IMG/VR virus record: IMGVR_UViG_3300042970_000025
Length of the DNA: 64,000 bases
From: a virus
Lineage: Duplodnaviria; Caudoviricetes
Direction: 5' to 3' (one strand)
Shown: piece after piece, positions 8,164-19,595 of the stretch
Numbering within the stretch: position 1 is the first letter of the stretch
Layout: every line of letters starts with the position of its first letter
Position numbers and translations under genes: made by a program
The notes under the pieces: model-generated
The model's database searches: none
Told to the model about the DNA's origin: nothing
The model's input: the letters and a program-made list of their open reading frames with translations, nothing else

Positions 8164-11100
8164 ATGGAAACGTTTAATAATACTACCAGGGTTGTCAAAG
8201 ATGACCTTGTTAAGAAAATTAAATCCGGCAGCAAGGTGTCAATCGCATCAGCCTGCTTTTCTATCTATGCGTATCAGGCACTGAAGGATGAACTGGAAGC
8301 CTGCGATGAATTCAGGTTCATCTTCACGTCGCCGACTTTTGTGGCAGAAAAGACGCCAAAAGAACGCCGGGAATTCTATATTCCGCGTCTCAATCGTGAA
8401 AAGAGCCTTTATGGTACAGAGTTTGAAGTACGCCTTCGGAATGAACTGAAGCAGAAAGCGGTAGCAAAAGAATGTGCTGCCTGGATGCGCAGGAAAGCGT
8501 CCTTTCGAACCAACACCACAAGAGAAGGGATGAACAATTTCCTTGTTATTGAAAATCCTGAAGATGCCTATACCTACATGCCGATGAATTCTTTCACGGC
8601 AGTCGATATCGGGTGCGAACGAGGCAACAATATCAGTAATATGGTGACTCGTTTGGAAAATCCCGCCAGCAGAGAGTTTCTGAATCTCTTTGAGACGGTC
8701 TGGAACGATAAGGAAAAACTCACCGATGTAACTAATGACGTCATTGATATGATCAGTACAGTTTATCAGGAAAATCCCCCGGAACTGATCTATTTTATGA
8801 CACTCTATAACATCTTCAGTGAATTCCTGGATGATATTTCAGAGGACGTTCTTCCGAATGAGGCTACCGGATTCAAAAACAGTGTGATCTGGAATAAACT
8901 GTATAATTTCCAGAAAGATGCAGCGCTTGGAATCATCAACAAACTGGAACAGTATAACGGATGCATCTTGGCAGACAGTGTTGGCCTTGGTAAGACATTT
9001 ACCGCTCTTGCTGTCATTAAATACTATGAAGGGCGGAATAAGAATGTTCTTGTGCTCTGCCCGAAGAAACTGTCTGAGAACTGGATGACATACCGTGGAA
9101 ATCTCGTTAATAATCCACTGGCCGCAGACCGTTTCCGTTATGATGTGCTGTATCATACAGACCTTTCCAGGAACAGCGGAATGACACCAATCGGTCTTCC
9201 GATAGACCGGATTAACTGGGGAAACTATGACCTTGTTGTAATCGACGAGAGCCATAATTTCAGAAATGGCAACGGAACCAACACACATGGCGGCGAGAAG
9301 GAAAACCGCTATATGCGTCTGATGAACCGGGTAATCCGGCCGGGAGTACGGACCAAGGTCCTGATGCTTTCCGCGACACCGGTTAACAATCGTTTTAACG
9401 ATCTCAAAAATCAGATTGCGCTGGCGTATGAAGGAAACCCGGAAGAAATCAATGACAAGCTGAATACAAAGTCTGATATCGATACGATCTTCCGACGGGC
9501 ACAGAAAGTCTACAATTTATGGTGCAAGCTGCCGGAGCAGGAAAGGACAACAGAGAATCTTCTTTCCCAGCTCGACTTTGATTTTTTTGAAGTGCTGGAT
9601 GCAGTCACTATTGCAAGATCCCGTCATCATATTCAGACCTATTATGATACCAGTGAAATCGGGACGTTCCCTAAACGAAACAAACCGATTTCCCTTTATC
9701 CGAAACTGACCGACAGGAAGGGAGCGATCAATTACAAGGAAGTTTACGAGTGCCTTTCTGATCTGAAGCTGACGATTTACACACCGACGCAGTACATTCT
9801 GCCGAGCAAACTGTCGAAGTATCTGTCGGAGGAGGAAACGGAGAATTTCCGAAAGGGGCGAGAGACTGGAATCCAGAAACTCATGAGCATCAACCTCCTG
9901 AAGCGGATGGAAAGCTCTGTACACTCATTTCTTTTGACGGTAAAGAGAGTGTATCGATATCTTTATGATACAGACCAGATCATCAACGATTTCATTCAGA
10001 ATGGCAGCGGAAATTTGGATGAGATGACCGATCTGTCCGGGGCAGCGGCAGATTTTGATGATGACGATCAGAACACGGACTTCTTCTCTGTCGGAAAGAA
10101 AGTCAAAATCGACCTTCATGATATGGACTATATTTCATGGAAACGGGATATAGAGATGGATCTGGAGACATTGGCTGTTCTCATCGGCATGGTGGAGGAT
10201 ATTACTCCGGAATATGACTTTAAACTGAACCAGCTGATTCAAGTGATTCAGAATAAAGAAGAAAATCCAATTAATCCAGGAAATCGAAAAGTGTTGATTT
10301 TTACAGCATTTGCAGACACAGCAGAGTATTTATATGAGAATATCGCGCCAAAAGCGAAAGCGCTGGGCTTAAACACCGCTCTTGTCACAGGAACAGTTGA
10401 AGGAAAAACGACCATTCCGGGATTTAAGGCGGAAATGAATCATGTGCTTTCCTGCTTTTCGCCTTTATCCAAAGACAGAGATGTGCTGTACCCGGAAGAT
10501 ATGAACAACAATATTGATATTTTGATCGGCACAGACTGCATTTCAGAAGGACAGAATCTGCAGGACTGTGATTACTGTATCAACTATGATATCCACTGGA
10601 ATCCGGTGAGAATCATTCAGCGGTTCGGAAGAATCGACCGTATCGGAAGTAAGAATAAGGTGATTCAGCTGGTAAACTTCTGGCCGGATTTGACCTTGGA
10701 TGAATATATTAATTTAAAAGCAAGAGTAGAGACGAGAATGCGGATCTCCGTCATGACTTCCACAGGCGACGATGATCTGATTAATCCAAACGAGCAGGGA
10801 GACCTGGACTACCGAAAAGAGCAGCTGAAGAAGCTACAGGAAGAAGTCATGGATCTGGAAGAGATGAATTCCGGTGTTTCCATTACCGACCTTGGACTGA
10901 ATGACTTTCGGATGGATCTTCTTGCGTACATGAAAGATCACAAGGATATCGATCATATTCCGCTTGGAATCCATGCTGTAGCGCATGGAGAGAAACCAGG
11001 TGTGATCTTTGTCTTGAAAAATGTAAACTCAAAGATCAACATCAAGAACCAGAACCGTCTGCATCCGTTCTATATGGTGTATGTGGGAATGGACGGTGAG

Positions 11101-11394
11101 ATTATTACCAATCATTTGCAGCCAAAAGACACGCTGGATGAGATGCGGCATATTGCAAGAGGGAAAACAGAACCGGATAAAGAGCTGTGTAAAAGATTTA
11201 ATACGAAAACAAAGGACGGCCGGAATATGAGCACGGTTTCGAACCTCCTGGAAGATGCCATCGGTTCGATCATCGATGCAAAGGATGAGGAAGATATTGA
11301 CAGCTTCTTTACGTCCGGTGAGACGACCTTCCAGTCCGGCGGGTTTTCCGGACTTGAAGACTTTGAATTGATCTGTTTTATGGTGGTGATGTAA
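8164..11394 (+). CDS. SNF2-family helicase with degenerate PLD-like N-terminal domain
   Basis: ADSVGLGKT, DESH, SATP, SEGQNLQ, QRFGRIDRIG. Confidence 0.85.
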   Translation: METFNNTTRVVKDDLVKKIKSGSKVSIASACFSIYAYQALKDELEACDEFRFIFTSPTFVAEKTPKERREFYIPRLNREKSLYGTEFEVRLRNELKQKAVAKECAAWMRRKASFRTNTTREGMNNFLVIENPEDAYTYMPMNSFTAVDIGCERGNNISNMVTRLENPASREFLNLFETVWNDKEKLTDVTNDVIDMISTVYQENPPELIYFMTLYNIFSEFLDDISEDVLPNEATGFKNSVIWNKLYNFQKDAALGIINKLEQYNGCILADSVGLGKTFTALAVIKYYEGRNKNVLVLCPKKLSENWMTYRGNLVNNPLAADRFRYDVLYHTDLSRNSGMTPIGLPIDRINWGNYDLVVIDESHNFRNGNGTNTHGGEKENRYMRLMNRVIRPGVRTKVLMLSATPVNNRFNDLKNQIALAYEGNPEEINDKLNTKSDIDTIFRRAQKVYNLWCKLPEQERTTENLLSQLDFDFFEVLDAVTIARSRHHIQTYYDTSEIGTFPKRNKPISLYPKLTDRKGAINYKEVYECLSDLKLTIYTPTQYILPSKLSKYLSEEETENFRKGRETGIQKLMSINLLKRMESSVHSFLLTVKRVYRYLYDTDQIINDFIQNGSGNLDEMTDLSGAAADFDDDDQNTDFFSVGKKVKIDLHDMDYISWKRDIEMDLETLAVLIGMVEDITPEYDFKLNQLIQVIQNKEENPINPGNRKVLIFTAFADTAEYLYENIAPKAKALGLNTALVTGTVEGKTTIPGFKAEMNHVLSCFSPLSKDRDVLYPEDMNNNIDILIGTDCISEGQNLQDCDYCINYDIHWNPVRIIQRFGRIDRIGSKNKVIQLVNFWPDLTLDEYINLKARVETRMRISVMTSTGDDDLINPNEQGDLDYRKEQLKKLQEEVMDLEEMNSGVSITDLGLNDFRMDLLAYMKDHKDIDHIPLGIHAVAHGEKPGVIFVLKNVNSKINIKNQNRLHPFYMVYVGMDGEIITNHLQPKDTLDEMRHIARGKTEPDKELCKRFNTKTKDGRNMSTVSNLLEDAIGSIIDAKDEEDIDSFFTSGETTFQSGGFSGLEDFELICFMVVM

Positions 11395-12027
11395 ATGATA
11401 GATTTTCCGGAAAGCACACTGGTGCATAAACGCATACCGAAAGAAGCGTTTTACAGACATCTTCCGTTGTCTGCAGCGTTGAAGGCGAAATTTGTGTCAG
11501 ATGTTGACAGCATCGTTGTGGCAAACAGTTTGACAAAGGATAATCTGAACCTGGCAAAGGAATCAGAGATCAAGGAAATAATGCTTTTGTCCATAACTTT
11601 AAGGAAGCAGAACTTTGACGGAAAAGTAGTGGAGGCAATCGCAAGGCAGAATCCGCATAAGCTGGTATTCCTGCTTGTTTATGAAGACGAACGTCAGCTG
11701 GCCGTTTACCACAGCAAACTGTACCGTACAGAATGGATGAAGAAAGAAGACCTGTCGCTGACACTTGCAGGGAACACCCTTGATGAAATCTGGGATGACC
11801 TTGTTAGGCAAGTTGCCATCTCATCTGAAGCTGTATTGCAGAAAAAGGACCAGACGGTAAGCGAACAATTAAAAGCGCAGGATGAAATCAACCGGCTGAA
11901 TAAATTGATCAAGAAAACAGAAACCGCCGCATGGAAAGAACAGCAGCCAAAGAAGCGGTTTGAATTATACAAGAAGCTGCAGAATTATAGAAAACAACTG
12001 GAGGAAATCACACATGGAGAAGCTTAA
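11395..12027 (+). CDS. DUF4391-family protein
   Basis: P.ST.V.KRIPKE.FY start and C-terminal KEQQPKKRFEL coiled coil; between SNF2 and Mod. Confidence 0.75.
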   Translation: MIDFPESTLVHKRIPKEAFYRHLPLSAALKAKFVSDVDSIVVANSLTKDNLNLAKESEIKEIMLLSITLRKQNFDGKVVEAIARQNPHKLVFLLVYEDERQLAVYHSKLYRTEWMKKEDLSLTLAGNTLDEIWDDLVRQVAISSEAVLQKKDQTVSEQLKAQDEINRLNKLIKKTETAAWKEQQPKKRFELYKKLQNYRKQLEEITHGEA

Positions 12028-13945
12028 GATGCATACAAAGGATCTGGCTGAAGAGAATTATAAGAAGTTGGCAGAAATATTCCCGGATGCAGTTACAGAA
12101 ACCGTTGATGAAGACGGTAATGTAGTCCGTGCGATTGATAAGGATGTCCTGGTGCAGGAAATTAACGCAAAGGTTGTGGACGACGGTCAGGAACGCTATC
12201 AGTTTACCTGGCCGGACAAGAGAAAGGCAATAGTACTTGCAAATCAGCCGATTGCAAAGACACTGCGCTTTGAAAAAGAGAAATCTGTAGGAAAAGACGG
12301 AACTCCAGGAGGAACGGATTCGGAGAATATCTATATTGAAGGAGATAATCTGGACGCACTGAAACTGCTTCAGGAGACATATCTGGGAAAGGTGAAGATG
12401 ATCTATATCGATCCACCTTATAACACAGGAAACGATTTTATATATGAAGACGATTTTTCTCAGAGTGCTGTTGAGTATGCTGAAAATAGTGGTCAGGTAG
12501 ATGAAGAAGGAAATCGTTTAGTACCAAACAGTGAGAGTAATGGACGGTTTCATACAAATTGGTTAAATATGATTTATCCCAGATTAAGATTAGCAAAAGA
12601 TTTATTGAGAGATGACGGAGTTATTTTTATTAGTATTGATGATAATGAAATAGATTCTCTAAAAAATATTTGTAATGAAATTTTTGGCATGAATAATCTG
12701 GTAGCAGAAATTCCGTGGCAATCAAGAGCATCAGTACAGAATGATACGGATTTTAGTGTAAATCATGAATATATTTGTGTTTATGCAAAACGAAGAAGAC
12801 GGGAAAATCGAAGATTGAAAGAAAGCAACTATAAAGAATGGCATAAACGGGATAGTTTTGTATGCAAACCGTTACCCCTTGACAAAAGTAAATTTGACAA
12901 CCCTGATAACGATCCAAGAGGATTATGGAAAGCCGATCCATTCGATGCCCCGAATGTTAGACCAAATCTTACATATGAAGTAACAAATTCTATCACTGGG
13001 GAGAAGCACCTTCCACCAAGAGGGAGGCACTGGAGAATTTCTCCTGAAAAATTCTCCAGTGCTTTAGCTGATGGGCGAATAATCTTTGGCAAAGATGGGA
13101 AGGGTCGCCCTCAGATAAAATCCTTTTATGAGGAAAAAAAGGAATTTGGATCAATTGACAATTCGTGGTTTAGTGCAGAAAAAGTAGGAACCACAACAAA
13201 TGGAACAAAAGAAGTGATGAAGATTTTTGATGGAAAATCTTTCTTTGATAAACCAAAGCCAACAACTTTATTGTACAAATTAATTGATTTAGCAAATACT
13301 ACAAACGATGATATCATACTTGACTTTTTCTCAGGCTCTGCGACAACTGCTCATGCCGTTATGCAATTGAATGCTGAAGACGGCGGTAATCGTAAATTCA
13401 TTATGGTCCAGCTTCCGGAAGAGACAGCAGAGAAATCAGAAGCATATAAGGCCGGCTATAAAACAATCTGTGACATCGGCGAAGAACGCATCCGCCGTGC
13501 AGATAAGAAAATTAAGGAAGAAACCGGCGCTGATATTGATTATGGTTTCCGTTGTTTTAAGGTGGATTCTTCTAACATGAAGGATGTATATTATCGACCT
13601 GCAGAAGTTGGCCAGATGAGCCTTGATCAGTTCACGGATAATATCAAGGAAGATCGTACGCCGGAGGATTTGCTGATCCAGGTGATGCTGGATCTTGGCG
13701 TGCTTTTATCTTCCAAAATCGAACAGACAGAGATCGCCGGGAAAAAGGTTTTCTCCGTAGAAGATGGATATCTGATTGCCTGCTTTGATCAGAATGTAAC
13801 GGAAGACGTTGTTACAGAAATTGCTAAGCAGCACCCGTTTTATGCAGTGCTCCGTGATAGTTCCATGGCGGACGATAGTGTGGCTGCGAATTTTGAACAG
13901 ATCTTTGAGACGTACAGCCCTCAGACAGTAAGAAAGGTACTTTAA
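12014..13945 (+). CDS. mod: Type III R-M methyltransferase
   Basis: IEGDNL, IYIDPPYNTG, DFFSGSATTAHA; followed by Res. Confidence 0.92.
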   Translation: MEKLKMHTKDLAEENYKKLAEIFPDAVTETVDEDGNVVRAIDKDVLVQEINAKVVDDGQERYQFTWPDKRKAIVLANQPIAKTLRFEKEKSVGKDGTPGGTDSENIYIEGDNLDALKLLQETYLGKVKMIYIDPPYNTGNDFIYEDDFSQSAVEYAENSGQVDEEGNRLVPNSESNGRFHTNWLNMIYPRLRLAKDLLRDDGVIFISIDDNEIDSLKNICNEIFGMNNLVAEIPWQSRASVQNDTDFSVNHEYICVYAKRRRRENRRLKESNYKEWHKRDSFVCKPLPLDKSKFDNPDNDPRGLWKADPFDAPNVRPNLTYEVTNSITGEKHLPPRGRHWRISPEKFSSALADGRIIFGKDGKGRPQIKSFYEEKKEFGSIDNSWFSAEKVGTTTNGTKEVMKIFDGKSFFDKPKPTTLLYKLIDLANTTNDDIILDFFSGSATTAHAVMQLNAEDGGNRKFIMVQLPEETAEKSEAYKAGYKTICDIGEERIRRADKKIKEETGADIDYGFRCFKVDSSNMKDVYYRPAEVGQMSLDQFTDNIKEDRTPEDLLIQVMLDLGVLLSSKIEQTEIAGKKVFSVEDGYLIACFDQNVTEDVVTEIAKQHPFYAVLRDSSMADDSVAANFEQIFETYSPQTVRKVL

Positions 13946-13946
13946 A

Positions 13947-16900
13947 ATGGCTGAGATGAAATTCAAATTTACTATACAAAATTACCAGACGGAAGCGGTA
14001 AACAGTGTCGTGAAGGTCTTTGCCGGTCAGCCGTTCCAGGATAAAGTTGGATATCGTCGTGATACAGGAACGCAGAAAATCGAGCGAAACCTATTTAACT
14101 TGAATCTGTCTGATGAAGAACTGTATATGGGATTTGCCAATGCTCCTGTTGCGCTGGCGCCGGGACAGCTATTAAAGAATATCCGCGATGTTCAGAATGA
14201 CAATAATATTACGACGTCATCTTCTTTGGCTAAGCACATGGGGGCTTGCTCTCTCGATGTTGAGATGGAAACCGGAACCGGTAAAACATATGTTTACATC
14301 AAGACCATGTTTGAGCTGAATAAGCAGTATGGCTGGAGTAAATTCATCGTGGTCGTCCCTTCAATTGCGATCCGCGAAGGAGTCCAGAAAAGCTTTCAGA
14401 CCATGCAGGATCATTTCATGGAACAGTATGGCAAGAAGGCCCGGTTCTTTGTCTATAACTCTAAGAATCTGACGGATATCGATAACTTCAGCTCCAGTGC
14501 TGATCTTTCTGTCATGATCATCAATGTACAGGCATTCAATGCCAGAGGCAAGGATGCCAGAAGAATCCGGATGGAACTGGATGAGTTCGGAAGCAGAAAA
14601 CCAATTGATGTAATTGCGGCCAACCGTCCGATTGTCATTTTGGATGAACCTCAGAAAATGGGTGGAAAGAAGACACAGAAGTCACTGGAAGAATTCAATC
14701 CGCTTTTTACTCTGAATTATTCAGCTACGCATAAGGAGCATCATGATCTTGTTTACGTCCTGGATGCGCTGGATGCTTACCAGATGAAACTCGTAAAGAA
14801 AATCGAAGTAAAGGGGTTTGATATTAAGAATCTCCGTGGAACGGACGGCTATCTGTTCCTTGAAGAAATCGTAATCTCTCCGAATAAGCCGCCAAGGGCC
14901 CGGCTGGAGTTTGAGATCGGTTATGCAAAATCCATTAATCGGGAAACACGTATTGTCGGCGTGGATGATGATCTCTATGCTCTTTCTAAAGGAATGGAGC
15001 AGTATCAGGGATATCATATAAATGACATTGATCCAATCAAAGGTGTTCTGACATTTACAAATGGAGTTGAGATTCACACAGGTGAAGTACAGGGAGATGT
15101 AAGCGAGAAGGATATCCGCCGGGTTCAGATCAGAGAGACGATCCGTTCTCATTTTGAGAAGGAGAAGGAACTCTACAACCGCGGAATCAAAACACTTTCT
15201 CTGTTCTTTATCGATAAGGTTGAGAACTACCGGAAATATGACGAGGACGGAAATGAGGTCAATTCTGAGTACGGCCAGATGTTCGAGGAGGAATATACTT
15301 CGATTCTCAATGAGTATCTGAACTTGTTCAATACGCCGTATGAACAGTATCTGCGCAGTATCGATGTGCATTCTACGCATGCCGGTTATTTCAGCATTGA
15401 CAAGAAAGGACGAAAGGTCGATTCCAAGATCAAGCGTGGATCTGATATCAGTGATGACGAATCTGCTTATGAACTGATCCTGAAAGATAAGGAGCGGCTG
15501 CTTTCCTTCGACAATCCGGTTCGCTTTATCTTTTCTCATTCCGCTCTGCGAGAAGGTTGGGACAATCCGAACGTTTTCCAGATCTGTACATTGAAACATG
15601 GCGGAGACAGCACAACGAACAAGCGTCAGGAAGTGGGACGAGGCCTTCGTATCTGTGTAAATCAGTCCGGCGATCGTATGGATGAGCACGTTCTCGGATC
15701 TGAAGTGCAGGAGGTCAATAAACTGACTGTAATTGCAAGTGACGGATATAAGGATTTTGTCTCATCTCTTCAGAAGGAAATCAAAGACGATCTGTATGAA
15801 CGTCCGACAAAAGCTGCACCTGAATACTTTGCGGGCAAGAGGCTTAAGCTCGGGAACGATATTGTCACGATTACAGATGACCAGGCTCAGACGATCTATT
15901 TCTATTTGGTGAAAAATGATTACATCGACGAGGATGGCCATGTAACAGATAAATATCGCACGGATGAAGAGAATAAAGCTTTTGCACCGATGCCGGAGAA
16001 GATCAAAGATATTGAAGATGGTGTTCATGCCCTTGTAAGGGGTATCTTTGACGAACATGCCCTCGATGGAATGATTGATGACGGGCACAAGACTAAAGTT
16101 CCAGAGAATGCGCTCAACGATAATTTCTATAAGAAGGAGTTCCAGACTCTCTGGAATTACATCAATCACAAGTGGAGCTATACGGTGCATTTTGACAGCG
16201 AGGAGCTGATTGGGAAGGCTGTTAGACATATTGATGAGAAACTCTTTGTCGCGCGGCTGCAGTACACTGTGACCAAGGGAATGCAAGGAGAAGACTGGAG
16301 CGCAGATACGGTGAAGTCAGGCACCGGATTTATTTCGGAAAAAAGCCATACATATAATCTCAAACGAGGGGAAACCTCGCAGGTGAAGTATGATCTGATC
16401 GGAAAGGTTGGAGCAGGTACGCATCTTACCAGAAGAACTGTAACTGCGATTTTGAAGGGCATTTCTCCTGAAAAGTTTGCCATGTACAAAAACAATCCAG
16501 AGGAGTTTATCTCCAAGGTCATTAAAATGATCAATGAAGAGAAGGCAACGATGATCGTGGATGACATCACTTACAACAAGACAGATGGAACCTATGATTC
16601 TTCGATTTTTACAGCAGAAAAGAACAAAGATTTTTCCAAGGCTTATCAAGCAAAGAAGAATGTGCAGGACTATGTATTTACTGATGGTACTGCAGAGAAG
16701 TCCGTTGAGAGAAAATTTGCCGAAGACATGGATCTTGACGACAAGGTAGTTGTGTACGCGAAGCTGCCTCGTGGCTTCCAGATTCCGACTCCGGTAGGCA
16801 ACTACGCTCCTGACTGGGCAATCGCTTTTAAGAAGGGAACCGTAAAGCATATTTATTTCATTGCCGAGACCAAGGGATCGATGGAGAGCATGGATCTGCG

Positions 16901-17024
16901 TCCGATCGAGCAGGCGAAGATCAAGTGCGCGAAGAAGTTGTTCAATGAAATATCGACGGATGATGTGGTCTATGATCAGGTGGACTCGTATCAGAATCTG
17001 CTCAGTCTGATGGAAGCGATATAA
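13947..17024 (+). CDS. res: Type III R-M restriction endonuclease
   Basis: METGTGKT, DEPQ, LREGWDNPNVFQIC, QEVGRGLR, PDWAI...AETKG. Confidence 0.92.
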   Translation: MAEMKFKFTIQNYQTEAVNSVVKVFAGQPFQDKVGYRRDTGTQKIERNLFNLNLSDEELYMGFANAPVALAPGQLLKNIRDVQNDNNITTSSSLAKHMGACSLDVEMETGTGKTYVYIKTMFELNKQYGWSKFIVVVPSIAIREGVQKSFQTMQDHFMEQYGKKARFFVYNSKNLTDIDNFSSSADLSVMIINVQAFNARGKDARRIRMELDEFGSRKPIDVIAANRPIVILDEPQKMGGKKTQKSLEEFNPLFTLNYSATHKEHHDLVYVLDALDAYQMKLVKKIEVKGFDIKNLRGTDGYLFLEEIVISPNKPPRARLEFEIGYAKSINRETRIVGVDDDLYALSKGMEQYQGYHINDIDPIKGVLTFTNGVEIHTGEVQGDVSEKDIRRVQIRETIRSHFEKEKELYNRGIKTLSLFFIDKVENYRKYDEDGNEVNSEYGQMFEEEYTSILNEYLNLFNTPYEQYLRSIDVHSTHAGYFSIDKKGRKVDSKIKRGSDISDDESAYELILKDKERLLSFDNPVRFIFSHSALREGWDNPNVFQICTLKHGGDSTTNKRQEVGRGLRICVNQSGDRMDEHVLGSEVQEVNKLTVIASDGYKDFVSSLQKEIKDDLYERPTKAAPEYFAGKRLKLGNDIVTITDDQAQTIYFYLVKNDYIDEDGHVTDKYRTDEENKAFAPMPEKIKDIEDGVHALVRGIFDEHALDGMIDDGHKTKVPENALNDNFYKKEFQTLWNYINHKWSYTVHFDSEELIGKAVRHIDEKLFVARLQYTVTKGMQGEDWSADTVKSGTGFISEKSHTYNLKRGETSQVKYDLIGKVGAGTHLTRRTVTAILKGISPEKFAMYKNNPEEFISKVIKMINEEKATMIVDDITYNKTDGTYDSSIFTAEKNKDFSKAYQAKKNVQDYVFTDGTAEKSVERKFAEDMDLDDKVVVYAKLPRGFQIPTPVGNYAPDWAIAFKKGTVKHIYFIAETKGSMESMDLRPIEQAKIKCAKKLFNEISTDDVVYDQVDSYQNLLSLMEAI

Positions 17025-17083
17025 TATATCGAGGGAAATATAGTGTTTAAAGCGTTGGGCAGGGAGTAAGGAGAAGAAAAACG

Positions 17084-18925
17084 ATGATCAAGCAAGTAGT
17101 GCATCCTCCAATTGAGGATATTTTTCATGGGGAAAAAATATATCGGATTCCCAAATACCAAAGAGAATATACGTGGGGCATCAAAGAGTGGGATGCTCTA
17201 TTTAATGACGTTACTGAAAATGAAAACGGATATTTTCTCGGCTCTTATATCTGTGTAAATAATGGATCCCTGGAAGGAACCGTTCTTGAGATAATCGACG
17301 GGCAGCAGCGATTTACGTCTCTTATGCTTTTGCTAACTGCTTTATACGAAAAGCTGCACGATCGAAAAAAGCAGATGGATGAAGAAGAAAATTTCGACCT
17401 CGCCCATCTGCGAGAAGAGCTTGCAATAAAAAAGATATCTTATAATCCTGATGGTACCAAGAAGACAGAATATCAGCAGCGCCTTATTCTGCAGAAACAG
17501 AACATGAATGATGAAGACTTTGCTTTTATTCTTGCTGATAAGGGAATTACTACAGATGTTAAGTCTTCTCCGCTTTATTTTGGAAATCGACGTATTTCGA
17601 AGGCATATAAACACTTCGGGAAATTAATTGATGAAGAATTAGCTGATTTAAAAACGCAAAGTCCAAATATCAGTGAGATAGGAGTTCTGTTTGGGATCGT
17701 CCGGAAATTTCAGTCTGCCATAATGGTTGGAATTGAAGTTGATACAAACAAAGATGCCTAGATGCTTTTTGAATCCCTGAATCATCGAGGTGTTCCTCTG
17801 TCTGCTTTAGACCTGATAAAGAATACATTGATATCACAGGCTGAAACAAAATCCGATGCTGACAATAGCTATGAGGTATGGAAGCAGATTTTAGCGAATG
17901 TCGGACAGGATGATTATTCGGTGCAAGAACGTTTCTTCCGTCAGTATTACAATGCTTTCAGAGAAAAACTTAATGAACCATATAGTGTTTCTGACAGAAA
18001 ATATTACCTTGGTTATCTGGCTACGAGAACTACTCTACTCGATATTTATGAGAAAATGATCAAGAGCGACTATAAGAAACTTCTGGATGATCTGCTTGAA
18101 AAATCGAAGGTTTATTCTGTAATTACTAACAACAGTGAGGATACTTATATATATAGTTCGGCCCTTCAAGATCTGGCAAGGATAGCAGGAGCACCATCAT
18201 ATATTCTTCTCTTGTATATTATTTCAAATCAAACTGAAATGGCACTTTCTGATGAAAACCTGAACACAGTCATTACAATCTTAATCACATTTTTTGTACG
18301 TCGTAATATCACCGATGTTCCAAATACCAGGAGGTTGATACAGCTTTTTATAGATATCATTTCTGAAATAAAAAATTTAAAAGGTAATGAAGCTGTGGGA
18401 TCAATCCAAAGCCGACTTAAAGTTGTGTCTGCTCCGGATGATTTGTTTGAGAGCAAACTCAGAGGATCTATTTACGATGAAAATCCAGAAGCTACAAGAT
18501 TTCTATTGTGCAGCATAGAAGCTCAGCACCAGACAAAGGAAATTTATTCAGATCTATGGATGAGAGATAATAGTAAAAAGTATATTTGGACTATCGAACA
18601 CATTTTCCCGGAAGGCGAGAATATCCCTGAAAGCTGGGTAAAGATGATTGCTGGCGGAGACAAGGGACTCGCTGAAAAGTATCGTTCTGATTATGTACAT
18701 ACACTTGGGAATCTTACAATTACCGGATATAATCAGAATTTGTCGAACATGTCATTTGAGCAGAAAAAGAATCGCAAGTCCAAAGACAAGTCGAAAGACA
18801 TTGGATACAGGAATGGACTTTTTCTTAATCAGTCGGTTGTAAATGAGGATACTTGGACAGTTGAGAAGATTAAAGCACGTACTGATATGCTTGTGAAAAT
18901 ATTGCTTGAAATGTTTAGGTGGTAA
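17084..18925 (+). pseudogene. GmrSD-family (DUF262 + DUF1524) Type IV restriction nuclease interrupted by in-frame TAG at 17759-17761
   Basis: IPKYQREY, IIDGQQR, DA*MLFESLNHRG, IEHIFP, LGNL; both halves in one frame. Confidence 0.8.
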
Positions 18926-19305
18926 TCGATGCAATGTATTTTTCGATATTGCTCTACACTATTTAAGAATTCCACACATTTTAATCATTTCACTCGGAGG
19001 GTGTTGTATTGTGTGATCAGTATTGACTGGTGAGGATATGAATACTAGAAGTTCAACGCTTCGATGGAGAAAAAAGGCGACAGTGAAAATCTCGGAAATG
19101 GCGCAAAGCAACGCTATTTCCGGCTTTTTGCCATCAGGAAATGTATAAGGCCCTTGTATCAAAGAAAGCGTTTTAATAGAATGAAAGATATGATCGCAAC
19201 ATTTTCCAAGTTTGGGGACGCCGGTCATGGCGGAATTACACAATATACACTTTCGCCTGCGGCAATTCAAGCAAGAAAAGAAATCAGCAAGCGGATGGAA
19301 AAAGA

Positions 19306-19581
19306 TTGGAGCAATTATTGAGATTGACGATCTTGCCAATATGTACGCTATCTTTCCGCGAACGGCATCCGGAGTCCACGTTTAATAAATTTATGAAGAT
19401 TTCAATTTTTACCCCGGACAGCAATCTTACGATCGTCGGTAACACATTCAAGATCTATCGGGATTCCAAAGTGGAATGGAGGGAGGATCTCCATACGAAT
19501 GAAAAGGCTGTGAAACTGCTGATGGACAAATTCGGCATTTATGTTCCGAAGACTTACCATCAGTTTCTATATGAAAAATGA
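19306..19581 (+). pseudogene. Possible arylamine N-acetyltransferase C-terminal fragment
   Basis: HPESTFNK...TPD.NLTIVGNTF...LLMDKFGI resembles the NAT C-terminal region; no catalytic N-terminus visible. Confidence 0.4.
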
Positions 19582-19595
19582 AGGAGAATAGAACG

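Noticed and set aside
12014-12420. Phase-variable simple repeat in mod
   Set aside because: No tandem simple-sequence tract visible in the 5' region.
14721-16850. Long antisense ORFs (322, 174, 177 aa) inside res
   Set aside because: Shadow frames of a well-supported gene; no motifs or RBS. The same applies to most short ORFs opposite phage genes.
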